A stretch of DNA of 64,000 nt from a virus. Of the stretch, positions 6,648 through 15,393 are shown in pieces. A model generated the notes under the pieces. It ran no database searches. It had not been told where the DNA came from and saw nothing but the letters and a program-made list of their open reading frames with translations. Numbering within the stretch: position 1 is the stretch's first letter; the number at the start of each line of letters is the position of its first letter. The position numbers and the translations under genes were made by a program. Where the stretch lies: IMG/VR virus record IMGVR_UViG_3300002123_000001; one strand, written 5' to 3'.

Positions 6648-7047
6648 AGAGCCACTCGTACAACCGGTTGAGACGAGGGTCCATGCTGCTCATCTCCGTG
6701 AGCGCATCGAAGGCTTCCTTCTTCGCCTTCTTGGTGAACGCCTTCGACCGCTTCCCCGTCTCCTTCCCGCTGTCCGCGCCGAACACCGTGGTCTGGGGCT
6801 GTTGAGGCTGCGCCACTCGGTAGTGAGACCCAGACCTGGACACGAGGACGAAGTTGATCTCCCCGCGCTGCTTCATACCCTTGAGCACCTCGCCCGCTGT
6901 GTCCGGAGCGGTACCCGGCACGCATGCCTTCACGTACTCCAGAAGGTCGCTCATCGTAAAGTCGACGACACCGCTGCGCAGAGCATCTTCGCAGAAACTC
7001 TTGATGACTGCAGCAATACTCGTCTCTACTTGTCCCTCATCGGCCAT
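6628..7047 (-). CDS. hypothetical protein, 139 aa
   Basis: ATG ORF, 20-nt overlap with rnhB start. Confidence 0.65.
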   Translation of the reverse strand: MADEGQVETSIAAVIKSFCEDALRSGVVDFTMSDLLEYVKACVPGTAPDTAGEVLKGMKQRGEINFVLVSRSGSHYRVAQPQQPQTTVFGADSGKETGKRSKAFTKKAKKEAFDALTEMSSMDPRLNRLYEWLYEQALE

Positions 7048-7453
7048 CTTGTAACTCCTCTCGTAGTGCGTCCAGCTTGTCCCACACGGCCCATTGGAGG
7101 CGCTTGTCCTCTCTCATAGCAGTAAACGCCAGATGTTTCACCACCTGAATGAGTGCCACCCTCTGGTCCGTGAGGAGCTTGCGAATCTGCGCACTCGCCT
7201 TTCTACGGTACAACCTCTGCACGTCCACCATCAGCTCGGGGAGTGAAAGAAGCTGCGGGCTGAGCGCTGGGTGGTGCGCGCTGTCAAGTATCTCAAGCTC
7301 ATGACATGGCCTGTCCGGCCCGCCTATGGACGCTGGTCTGAAGGGCGGCTTTGGGCACTCCTTGTCGGGCGTTACGGAGGTACGTCCGCAGTACCTGCAG
7401 ATGAACTGCGCCTTCCCGCTTGGGCTGGTGGCGAATATGTTTACCCAGCGCAT
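7037..7453 (-). CDS. hypothetical protein with N-terminal CRYC motif, 138 aa
   Basis: ATG ORF; Cys cluster then helical region. Confidence 0.6.
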   Translation of the reverse strand: MRWVNIFATSPSGKAQFICRYCGRTSVTPDKECPKPPFRPASIGGPDRPCHELEILDSAHHPALSPQLLSLPELMVDVQRLYRRKASAQIRKLLTDQRVALIQVVKHLAFTAMREDKRLQWAVWDKLDALREELQDGR

Positions 7454-8013
7454 CCGTCCACCAGCTCGTGGAGCACCTCCACAACCTCGCTATCGTCCTC
7501 TTCAACTTCCGACATGGTTACATCCCCAAGTATGAGGCCGTCCAGTTTGCCATTGATCAATACCTTGAGTGTGAAGTCCAGATCAGTATCTACTCCGTTC
7601 TCCTCCTCACTGTGGATTACCAGCGCACGTGGAACGTCGAACGATACAACCCTGGTGTAGTTGACGCGCTCAAACCCAGAGGTTCGTCTCTCAACGCGAA
7701 CGGTGTCTTGACGGAGTAGCCGAACCTTGCCGTCACGCATAAACTGCGCTACCGCTGCATCTACACACTCCTGCATCTGCACGCTATCAGGCTTGATGCC
7801 ACAAAGAAGCACGTTATGCGCGTTTTCCAGCACAGCAATGGCGTTCCGCACTTCTTCAGCGATGTGCACTTGTTCAACAAGCTCGTAGCGCGTGCCCGCT
7901 TCATCACCTTCTACCGAAGGCCGTCTTTCTTTTACGAACTTCAGGAACCTGGACTTCAGCTTCGCCAAGTCCAGCTCCTCCAGATTCTTCAGTGATTCTT
8001 CCAGGTAGTCCAT
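7441..8013 (-). CDS. hypothetical acidic protein, 190 aa
   Basis: ATG 8013; upstream part of the long ORF is Cys/Pro-rich and overlaps the next gene. Confidence 0.6.
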   Translation of the reverse strand: MDYLEESLKNLEELDLAKLKSRFLKFVKERRPSVEGDEAGTRYELVEQVHIAEEVRNAIAVLENAHNVLLCGIKPDSVQMQECVDAAVAQFMRDGKVRLLRQDTVRVERRTSGFERVNYTRVVSFDVPRALVIHSEEENGVDTDLDFTLKVLINGKLDGLILGDVTMSEVEEDDSEVVEVLHELVDGCAG

Positions 8014-8236
8014 CAAACACTCCTTGTGGTAGTTCCCCAATGTGGTCCAGCCGCTCCCCGCGGCGCAGCTGTTCCCTTGCTGCTTCCAGCACAGACTTGG
8101 AAAACAGCAGCTTGCGCTCTGCGGCGTCGGCAATGCAGGTATCGAAGGTTGTCTCTGCCCGCGCACGGTCCTTGTTCCACAGGTGCTCTAGCGCGGGCAG
8201 AAGAACGGTGAAGTCATAGCCTCTGGGGTTGCTCAT
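7904..8236 (-). CDS. hypothetical protein, 110 aa
   Basis: ATG ORF; last ~35 codons overlap 7441..8013 with poor codon bias. Confidence 0.55.
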   Translation of the reverse strand: MSNPRGYDFTVLLPALEHLWNKDRARAETTFDTCIADAAERKLLFSKSVLEAAREQLRRGERLDHIGELPQGVFDGLPGRITEESGGAGLGEAEVQVPEVRKRKTAFGRR

Positions 8237-9402
8237 TTCAGGAGAAGCCCCCCTGCCAGCTCCATCAGGTCGGACTTTCGTTCATCGTCTGTCAGCAGGT
8301 CGGCGATCTCCGCCACCGCGTTGCTGGCAAACCATAGGTTGATCACCGGAGCACCGCTGACGTCGTGCTTGATGGGAGGCAACGTGGTGGACCTCTTCCC
8401 CTCGATGACCGCTTCAATACTCAAGATCTCGTCCTGCGTGAGCTTCCCTGCGAAGTAGTTCTGCAGCCGCGGCCAGGAGATGGCTTCCGTCATCGCCTTT
8501 GCGACCACCTCCAAGAAGGTGTTGACCGAAGCCGTGCTCAACGATTCGATCACGGCGTCCTTCACTTGGCCCTTAGCGGCATCGATCATCTTCTCAATGG
8601 TCTCGTTGCTGATGGTGGAGCTCATCTCATCCAGGTCCTTGCGGGCCGCGCCGTTGTGCCGCTTGGACATGATGGGCTTCACCACGCAAAGACTCGTGCC
8701 ACCACCGTTGAGCCGCAGCACGTTCATCTTCACCTGCATCGAGCCAGCCCCGAAGTCGCTGTTGCTGAAGCTGCACCCGAGCGCAATAAACTCCCCAGCC
8801 GCTGGCTCGAACACGTGTGGCAGCGCTGAATGGAACGTGAAGCTCAGGTCAGACCCCGTAGCGGCCACAGGCATCGCCCCGAAGCTGTAGCAAGCTGTGG
8901 CGAACTCCACCAAGAGCGGCGGGGTGGCGAGGTGTATCTTGAACGATGGGCTGACGAACCCGCGCACCTCATCTGATACCGTTCGGTTGATGAAGGACGC
9001 ACGCCTACGGAACGAGCGCTGCTTGAACTGGCTCTTCTTGAAGCGCTCGTTCAGCAAGTACACCAACTCTTGCCACTCCCACGCCTCACTGGATGAGACT
9101 AGGGTGTTCACAAACGAGGCGGGGATACTCACCTCAGACGCCATCTGCCGCAGGGCATGCGCGTGAACCCGAAGGTTAATCTCGGCGCCGTTGATCGTGA
9201 CCTTGTACTTCGGGGTGGCTCCAGCCGCATCCTGCACATCGAAGTGCATGTCGTCGACGATGACGTCGTGGTCCACGATCACCATCGTTCGAACCTTGTC
9301 CCAAACCTCAGCCGCCCTCTGCTGGCTGAACTTGAACCTGTGGCTCAAGGTGTCCTGCGCTTTCCTAGCCGCTTCTGAATCTAGTGCTTTCTGATAATCC
9401 AT
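8233..9402 (-). CDS. DUF932-like protein, 389 aa
   Basis: Central FSNSDFGAGS...RLNGGG...KRHNG resembles the DUF932 signature (NSxDGSxA...R.vCsNG...rH); ATG 9402. Confidence 0.45.
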   Translation of the reverse strand: MDYQKALDSEAARKAQDTLSHRFKFSQQRAAEVWDKVRTMVIVDHDVIVDDMHFDVQDAAGATPKYKVTINGAEINLRVHAHALRQMASEVSIPASFVNTLVSSSEAWEWQELVYLLNERFKKSQFKQRSFRRRASFINRTVSDEVRGFVSPSFKIHLATPPLLVEFATACYSFGAMPVAATGSDLSFTFHSALPHVFEPAAGEFIALGCSFSNSDFGAGSMQVKMNVLRLNGGGTSLCVVKPIMSKRHNGAARKDLDEMSSTISNETIEKMIDAAKGQVKDAVIESLSTASVNTFLEVVAKAMTEAISWPRLQNYFAGKLTQDEILSIEAVIEGKRSTTLPPIKHDVSGAPVINLWFASNAVAEIADLLTDDERKSDLMELAGGLLLK

Positions 9403-9406
9403 ACGC

Positions 9407-9434
9407 AAAAAGGCGGCAAGTTGCCTCGCCGCCT
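9407..9434 (-). terminator. Intrinsic terminator after the sigma gene
   Basis: Minus strand: AGGCGGC-N10-GCCGCCT then TTTT; ends 4 nt before ATG 9402. Confidence 0.65.
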
Positions 9435-9456
9435 CTCCTCACAGGTTGTTGTTGCC

Positions 9457-10221
9457 CTACTTGTACTGCTCGTACTTCTTGATGATGCTGCCCTTCAAGC
9501 GGGACACCTTCGAAGGGCTCAAGCCCAATCGCTGAGCAAGCACCCCAGTGCTGGTGACCGGCATCCCGCCCTGTTGCGGGTACATCAAGTCGTACAGCCG
9601 CTGCTCTTCTGGCCCCAGGCTATGCCGGAGCAACCCAATCACCTCAGACTCGCGCTGCGCCGCGATCGGTACTGGGTCGCTCTCGAAGGGAGTTGATAGA
9701 ACGTCCCTCCGCTGCATCCCCTGAATCTGCTGTATCCTACGCGCCGTGAGCTGCCTTTGCTGCGGCAGCCCAATGTTCATGCGCTGGGCAATCTGCTCGT
9801 GTGAGGGCTCAGCCCCAAGCTCGTCTGACAGCTCCTCTTGTGCAGCCTGAATCTTGCCGATGTAGCCCGCTGGCGTCTCAGCAATGCGCGCCATGTTCTG
9901 ACGCTTCTTGTTCGTGCGGCTCACCCGGCGCAGCTGATTGTGCAAGTGCGTGCTGAACGTGGCCCCACGGTCTGGGTCGTACGTCTTCAACGCGTCGATG
10001 GCCAGATTCATCATGTTCCCACGAAGCCCCACCGCACTGGTCTGCGGCGCCTTGTGGACGTTCTGATGGTGCCTGAACACCGGCTCGAACTGCTGTAGCA
10101 CGGACTTCGTGTTGTCTGGACTTGGGTCCGACTTCCAACGCATCACCAGCTCGTGCTCCGCCTTCGTCCTATCGGCGGCCACCTTCTCCCTCTCTTGGAG
10201 ATATGCGTCGATCGGGTTCAT
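9457..10221 (-). CDS. sigma-70 family RNA polymerase sigma factor, group-3-like, 254 aa
   Basis: Region 2 (YDPDRGATFSTHLHNQLRRVSR), region 3 (LGAEPSHEQIAQRMNI), region 4.2 HTH (STGVLAQRLGLSPSKVSRLKGSIIKKY); ATG 10221. Confidence 0.8.
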   Translation of the reverse strand: MNPIDAYLQEREKVAADRTKAEHELVMRWKSDPSPDNTKSVLQQFEPVFRHHQNVHKAPQTSAVGLRGNMMNLAIDALKTYDPDRGATFSTHLHNQLRRVSRTNKKRQNMARIAETPAGYIGKIQAAQEELSDELGAEPSHEQIAQRMNIGLPQQRQLTARRIQQIQGMQRRDVLSTPFESDPVPIAAQRESEVIGLLRHSLGPEEQRLYDLMYPQQGGMPVTSTGVLAQRLGLSPSKVSRLKGSIIKKYEQYK

Positions 10222-10247
10222 GCTGCTCCGCTTACGAGCGCGCTTCT

Positions 10248-10754
10248 TCAGTGCTCGAGGAGGCGCTTGGTCCGGCTCAGGAGTGTCGGTGCTTCCACCG
10301 GTCTCCGGTTGGCGTTCGCCTGCGGCATCGCATGGCTTGCTTCGTAGTCGCCGGTTGCGGCATGGCTTAGCTGCCCTGCCAGCAGCTTGCGGTCCGCCTC
10401 CTGCGACGGCTTCTTGCCGTCGAAGTGCCGGTTCAGGAACTCCTCGCGCCCTCGTCGGAACTCCTCCAGAACGACGTTCGAGTGGTGTACCGCCGTCCCC
10501 GTCGGGTCGCTCGGCTTCATGTCCGGGTCCCCCCACAGTGCGTCGATGTTTCCTGACGCCCTCCCCTCCGGCTTGGGGTACTGGTCCGGGTTGGTTCCCA
10601 CGGTGCTTCGCCCGTTGTCTCCCGGTGCCTCCACCTCGGCTTGCTTCAGGAAGGCGTACAACTTGTCCGCGTCCTCCTGCGGGTCCGTGAGGGGAAGGCA
10701 GTCGCTCATGCTGCGTCCGTTGTATGCCATGCACGTAGCGTACCACGACCCCAC
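10248..10754 (-). CDS. hypothetical protein, 168 aa, directly upstream of sigma
   Basis: ATG ORF with better composition than the overlapping extension of the sigma ORF. Confidence 0.65.
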   Translation of the reverse strand: MGSWYATCMAYNGRSMSDCLPLTDPQEDADKLYAFLKQAEVEAPGDNGRSTVGTNPDQYPKPEGRASGNIDALWGDPDMKPSDPTGTAVHHSNVVLEEFRRGREEFLNRHFDGKKPSQEADRKLLAGQLSHAATGDYEASHAMPQANANRRPVEAPTLLSRTKRLLEH

Positions 10755-11156
10755 CTATTTGTGCAGCCCCAACGACGCCACGTACTCATTGAGGCTGAAG
10801 AGCTCACTGTTCAAGCTGTTCACCTGATGGTTAGCGCTGGCCAACGACTGCTGGTTGAAGGACAGCTCCGCCTTAAGCCGGTCAATCTCCAGCCGAGCCT
10901 CTTCGCTCACCACCGCTAGATTCTGCTCAGCTTGGTCCGCACGGCGGCGAGCGGCGTCAACAAGCGTGGCTGTGATCGTGCTCTTCGTGTGCACTTCCAT
11001 CCCATCCAACTTGGTGATCACGTCATCCCAAACAGCTAGGTCGTACACCGTAGCCGTCATCGTGACCTTACCAATCGCCACATGGTCTTCCCCAGCGGGT
11101 GGAGTCAACTCCTTCTCATTGATGTGGAAGATCAGACCTAGAAGTTCGTTCGCCAT
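10755..11156 (-). CDS. coiled-coil protein, 133 aa
   Basis: C-terminal heptad-like LEIDRLKAELSFNQQSLASANHQVNSLNSEL. Confidence 0.65.
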   Translation of the reverse strand: MANELLGLIFHINEKELTPPAGEDHVAIGKVTMTATVYDLAVWDDVITKLDGMEVHTKSTITATLVDAARRRADQAEQNLAVVSEEARLEIDRLKAELSFNQQSLASANHQVNSLNSELFSLNEYVASLGLHK

Positions 11157-11757
11157 ACGGATGCTCCATTGTTACGGACAGTAGTCGCCGTAGGTATTGC
11201 TGCACATCGCCGGGTGCAGTTGACGTCTCGATGAAAGCCATGCCCATCAACGACCCCAGCTTGTGGAGTGTAGATTTTAGATCTTGTATGCGAAGCGCCG
11301 TGCGGAGTATGGCGGTGCACTCGAGGCACTTCTTTATCAAGCGCTCAGGACGATCCAGCAGCTGCACCTGTTGCTGGTACCCTGCCCGCTTCCTGAGCGC
11401 CAAAGCCACCTTGTACGAAGACAGCTTCATGAGCATCGACTTCAAGTACGTGTCGATGTACGTCAGCCCGTCGATGGAGCGGATAAGAACAAGAACTCCA
11501 CTCTCGTGAAGTACGTCCTCTCTACCGGCTGTGTGCATCAGCTGTGGAATGGTGTGCTTGCAGGTCCATTCAAGGACGAAGAACGCACGAAGTATCTGCG
11601 CATCGGGGCTAGGATTGTTCTCTTGGATGAGCTCAGCCAACTCATCCCAGGCTTCGTCGTTGTCCTCGAGGACGAAGATGATGTCCTGGTTGACGGCTCC
11701 CTTAACGGACTGCATGCACGCCCAACAAACGGGGCATGCTCCTTCTGGTGTAGCCAT
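11116..11757 (-). CDS. hypothetical protein with CPVCWAC motif, 213 aa
   Basis: ATG ORF. Confidence 0.65.
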   Translation of the reverse strand: MATPEGACPVCWACMQSVKGAVNQDIIFVLEDNDEAWDELAELIQENNPSPDAQILRAFFVLEWTCKHTIPQLMHTAGREDVLHESGVLVLIRSIDGLTYIDTYLKSMLMKLSSYKVALALRKRAGYQQQVQLLDRPERLIKKCLECTAILRTALRIQDLKSTLHKLGSLMGMAFIETSTAPGDVQQYLRRLLSVTMEHPYGERTSRSDLPHQ

Positions 11758-11775
11758 GGTTTCCCATGGCTCTTA

Positions 11776-14334
11776 TCACGCGGCGCCGTCCCTATTTGCC
11801 CAGTTCTTTGCAAACAGCGGCTTGCCGAACCCTACGGGCTTCATGTCATTTCCAGCTGCCAAGCCAGGGCGACTGAGGCGACGTGCACCCTCCCTCTGCG
11901 ACGTGGAGAGCTGTGCTGCAGGCGACAGCACGTTCGCCTTCTTCTCCTTCAGCTTGTCCCCTGGAGGGCCGCCGTACTTCAGCTGCGGGTCTCTAGCTAT
12001 CGGCAGCGTGGGCGCCTCCCCAGACACTGGCAGCCGCATGGACCGGGGGCTTGGGTAAAGCTGACCGCCCGCAAAGTCTGACGTGGCAAACCCAAGCGCC
12101 AGCTTTTGAACCGACGCTATCTTCGGTGGCTGCAGCATGTTCAACGGACGAATCTTAGGACCGTTGGGGTCCTGCGGCGTACCCACCTTCTGCGCTCGCG
12201 CCAACCGCTTCTCGGGCGTCTCCAAAGAAGAGCCTATCGGCGATGGGGTGGTGGGGATCATGGCCTGCTTCACGCTGTACTTCGGGTTGGGAGGAGACAC
12301 CGAAGCCGCACGCACCTTCTCCTTGCCAATCTGACTCAAGAGATACGGGTTGCTTCCCGCGATCTTAAACATCTCGTCTAGCCACCCAGAGGAGCCCACC
12401 TTGGCGATGTAGTCGTGCAGCTTCATTGCCTTGGGGTCGATCTCCCCAGCAACAGCCGCTTGACGCATGCGCCTATGGTACTCGTTCATCCCCTGGTGCA
12501 GGGCCTCTGCCTCGCTCATGCCACCCCTCACCCGCTGCTGCACCCCGGATGAACCGCGCAACGCCTCAAGAGATTGAGTGGGCAAGTTGGGTGCAGGGAG
12601 ACTGGCCAAAGCTTGCTGCTGGGCACGGCCCACCACGGACGGTGCAGAAGGGGTCTTCACACCAACCGCTGTTCCAGCAAGCTCATGCTTGATGTAGTCG
12701 CCAAGTGGCATCTGTGCGTCAGCGGCACCCATGTGCATCAGCTGATATGCAGCATTCTCATCCATCCCCTTGCCCATCTGTGCGGCGCGCCCCCCCAGAG
12801 CACTGCGCACAGCGGGGTCTAGAGAATCCAGCCCCTTCTTCACATAGTCCGAGCTGCCCTGCGAAATCCTGGTGGCCGCGTACGGGTCTGCTGCCCGCAG
12901 CGCTGGAGCAGCATGGGCTGCTGGAGTGGCCACCTGTTTGGCCACCTGCTGCGCGGCCTGCCCAGCTCCACGCCCACGGCGAAGAAGCGTGGCACCGAGA
13001 GCTCCTGCTCCCACGCCCAGCGCTCCAATGCCGGCTCCAATGCCGGCAAGTGCACCCGCGCTCAACGGCTTGCGAACTGGTTGCGTCTCCGGCTGCCCTT
13101 GCTGAGGTGCCGTGCCTGGGTCGACCGCATCGAACCCGATCTTGAACAACTCATCAGAGAACGCCGCCGCCTTTACAGAGCCCATCGAGGGACCAAGCAA
13201 AGAACCGCCCTCTGCCCACTGCATCGTATCGGGGCTGTACCCGTCGTCCGCCGAAGACTTCTTGGACTTCATCGGGTCTTCGCCGAGCTTCTTCGCCCGC
13301 TGAGCCAGGGCTACAGCCAGCTCCTCTACAGAAGGAGTCGTCGCTGCCTTCTTCTCAGCACCCGCCTCCATATTCTTCAGGCGCGTGTAGTAGTCATCCA
13401 GCTCCACCAGATGATCCCTCACGATCTCCTTCACCTTCTCAGGGTCCTTGGTGTGCTCTTGCTCCACCTTCTTGCCCATCGCCACTTGCTTCTTGTCGAA
13501 GCCAGCGTCGGTCATGCCGTCCGCTTTGCCCCCCACCAACTGCTCGGCAGAAAGCTTGGGCAGCATCATCAAGTCGCTGAACTCATCGAAGAATGCCGAG
13601 GCAACTACCTCCTTGGCCAGCCCGCTCGCCTGATCCTTCAGTTGCTTCGCCGGGGCAACTCCCCGATGGCGGATGCCGTGAATGATCTCTCCGGTAGCCC
13701 CCAACCCATACCCGGCGGCTGCTCCAGCCAACGGGTTTATACCCAGAGCGTTGGCAGTACCAGCGCCAAGAACGGCGCCAGCTGCAGGACCCAACTCCGC
13801 CTTCATCGCCTCCAGCGTGGCGGGGCTGATTGAGAAAGCCTGCTTTCGAAGAGTGTCGTTGGCGTTGTCGGGGATCATCCCCGGGGTCTTCTCCAGCGGA
13901 CTCGCCGCCTGGTTGCCTCGGTGCCGAATAGCATGAACCACCTCGGGAATGGCACCAACCCCATACCCCGCGGCAGCACCAGCCAAGGGGTTGATGCGCA
14001 GCGCCGCACCAAGGCCAGCCCCCAGCACAGCACCAGAGGCTGGGCCCAGCTCAGCTAGAGCCGCTTCTCTGAACTTCTTCCTGGCGTCCATGGACACGAG
14101 CTCAGCCAACTTGGGGCTGTCCAGCCCGCCAGGGTTTGCCTTGGACTCGTACGACTTCTTTGGCTCGTCGTACTTCTCCTTGGCCTCCCGCTTACCCTGC
14201 GCAGTACCGTAGCTCTTCGGAGACTTACCCTGGGCGTGCGACTGCTGCGTTGCGACGGCAAAAGCCTGCGACTTCGGCATCGAGGGGCTCTTCGCCAGAA
14301 GATGTTCGGCCCTGTTATGAATCCACGCCGGCAT
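11776..14334 (-). CDS. large glycine-zipper virion protein with DUF5661-like segment, 852 aa
   Basis: ATG 14334 one nt after upstream stop; duplicated NPLAGAAAGYG(V/L)GA units; GKADG..FD..Q...G..VE.EHT.DP...EIV.DHL.E...YY..L..ME. Confidence 0.7.
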   Translation of the reverse strand: MPAWIHNRAEHLLAKSPSMPKSQAFAVATQQSHAQGKSPKSYGTAQGKREAKEKYDEPKKSYESKANPGGLDSPKLAELVSMDARKKFREAALAELGPASGAVLGAGLGAALRINPLAGAAAGYGVGAIPEVVHAIRHRGNQAASPLEKTPGMIPDNANDTLRKQAFSISPATLEAMKAELGPAAGAVLGAGTANALGINPLAGAAAGYGLGATGEIIHGIRHRGVAPAKQLKDQASGLAKEVVASAFFDEFSDLMMLPKLSAEQLVGGKADGMTDAGFDKKQVAMGKKVEQEHTKDPEKVKEIVRDHLVELDDYYTRLKNMEAGAEKKAATTPSVEELAVALAQRAKKLGEDPMKSKKSSADDGYSPDTMQWAEGGSLLGPSMGSVKAAAFSDELFKIGFDAVDPGTAPQQGQPETQPVRKPLSAGALAGIGAGIGALGVGAGALGATLLRRGRGAGQAAQQVAKQVATPAAHAAPALRAADPYAATRISQGSSDYVKKGLDSLDPAVRSALGGRAAQMGKGMDENAAYQLMHMGAADAQMPLGDYIKHELAGTAVGVKTPSAPSVVGRAQQQALASLPAPNLPTQSLEALRGSSGVQQRVRGGMSEAEALHQGMNEYHRRMRQAAVAGEIDPKAMKLHDYIAKVGSSGWLDEMFKIAGSNPYLLSQIGKEKVRAASVSPPNPKYSVKQAMIPTTPSPIGSSLETPEKRLARAQKVGTPQDPNGPKIRPLNMLQPPKIASVQKLALGFATSDFAGGQLYPSPRSMRLPVSGEAPTLPIARDPQLKYGGPPGDKLKEKKANVLSPAAQLSTSQREGARRLSRPGLAAGNDMKPVGFGKPLFAKNWANRDGAA

Positions 14335-14335
14335 A

Positions 14336-14860
14336 TCACACTCCAGTGTACTCGGTGATGCTCTGGCGAACAGGGCCACCAGCACCCTCGCCCAAGTAGC
14401 CTCGAATGCGTGCCATCTCAGCACGCTCATCCGCCATCCGCTTGGCGATGGGGGCCATCGTACCTACAACAGCTGAGCTAGCTGCGGTGCCCATCATGTT
14501 CTTTCCCATGGTGAGCGCGCCCTTGCCGATTCCAGATGCGAGCCCACCCCAGCCAGGTCGACGGTCCTTCAGCGCTGTTCTGAAGGCATCGACGGCTTTA
14601 CCACTAGCCAGCTGGTTCGTGGCGGAGGCGATAGTTCCCACACCAGACCCAATGACGCTGCCGCGCACGAGGTCACTTGCTTGGGGCTTGCTCTCCTGCA
14701 GCTGCTGAAGGCGCTGCAAGGACTTCTCTGCTGTCTCCTGCGTCACCGGAGCTGCCATCTTCTGCAGCACGCGTTCAGCGTCCGCATCAGTGAAGCCAGA
14801 CAGCTTCATGAACTCGTTGACGAACGAGCTGAAGTTAAGCTCTGGAGTACGCATCGCCAT
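14336..14860 (-). CDS. Gly-rich small virion protein, 174 aa
   Basis: ATG 14860 after GTGGAGA; N-terminal SSFVNEFMKLSG motif. Confidence 0.6.
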   Translation of the reverse strand: MAMRTPELNFSSFVNEFMKLSGFTDADAERVLQKMAAPVTQETAEKSLQRLQQLQESKPQASDLVRGSVIGSGVGTIASATNQLASGKAVDAFRTALKDRRPGWGGLASGIGKGALTMGKNMMGTAASSAVVGTMAPIAKRMADERAEMARIRGYLGEGAGGPVRQSITEYTGV

Positions 14861-15386
14861 CTGTCTCCACATCAGTGACTGGCCTTGGGTCTTCGGACAG
14901 GGCTTGGTGCCGGTAGACGTCGTGCTCCCCACCGATACGCTTGGGGCCAACAGAGTCCCCGCGGTCAGGGTGAGTGTCGGTGGGGCTCCTCACCATCCTT
15001 CCCAGCTCAGCCAGCTTCATCGCGACCTTCGGTGCGATTGAAGTCTCTGGGTGCTGCCAGTTGGGACCGCCGCGTTCTAGTCCATACTGCGAACCCTGGT
15101 CCACAGATGGAACGTCGCCCCTGGCCTTCTTCCCGATCACGGGAGTGTTGCCCATGGCGGTTTCACCTGCGGTCTGCGGAAGCTCAAGAAACTGCGTGGG
15201 CAGGTACGACAACTTCTGCGCTTCCATCGCAGCCTTGGTGAACTTGTAGAGCGAGCCTTCCTTCTCCTTGCGCAGCATCGTGTCAACGCTCATCGAGCGT
15301 CGACCCTTGCGGGACTGGGGGATGGTAAATCTCCCCTTGGAAGCTCCCAGCTTGAGGAGCTCTTCGGCGAAGGCGGAGAGGGGCAT
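14835..15386 (-). CDS. hypothetical virion protein, 183 aa
   Basis: N-terminal SAFAEELLKLGA motif. Confidence 0.65.
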   Translation of the reverse strand: MPLSAFAEELLKLGASKGRFTIPQSRKGRRSMSVDTMLRKEKEGSLYKFTKAAMEAQKLSYLPTQFLELPQTAGETAMGNTPVIGKKARGDVPSVDQGSQYGLERGGPNWQHPETSIAPKVAMKLAELGRMVRSPTDTHPDRGDSVGPKRIGGEHDVYRHQALSEDPRPVTDVETDGDAYSRA

Positions 15387-15393
15387 GCGGCTA

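Noticed and set aside
9457-10746. 429-aa version of the sigma ORF
   Set aside because: The N-terminal 175 codons are Arg/Gly/Pro-rich and overlap the better ORF 10248..10754 in another frame. Sigma-like sequence begins at ATG 10221.
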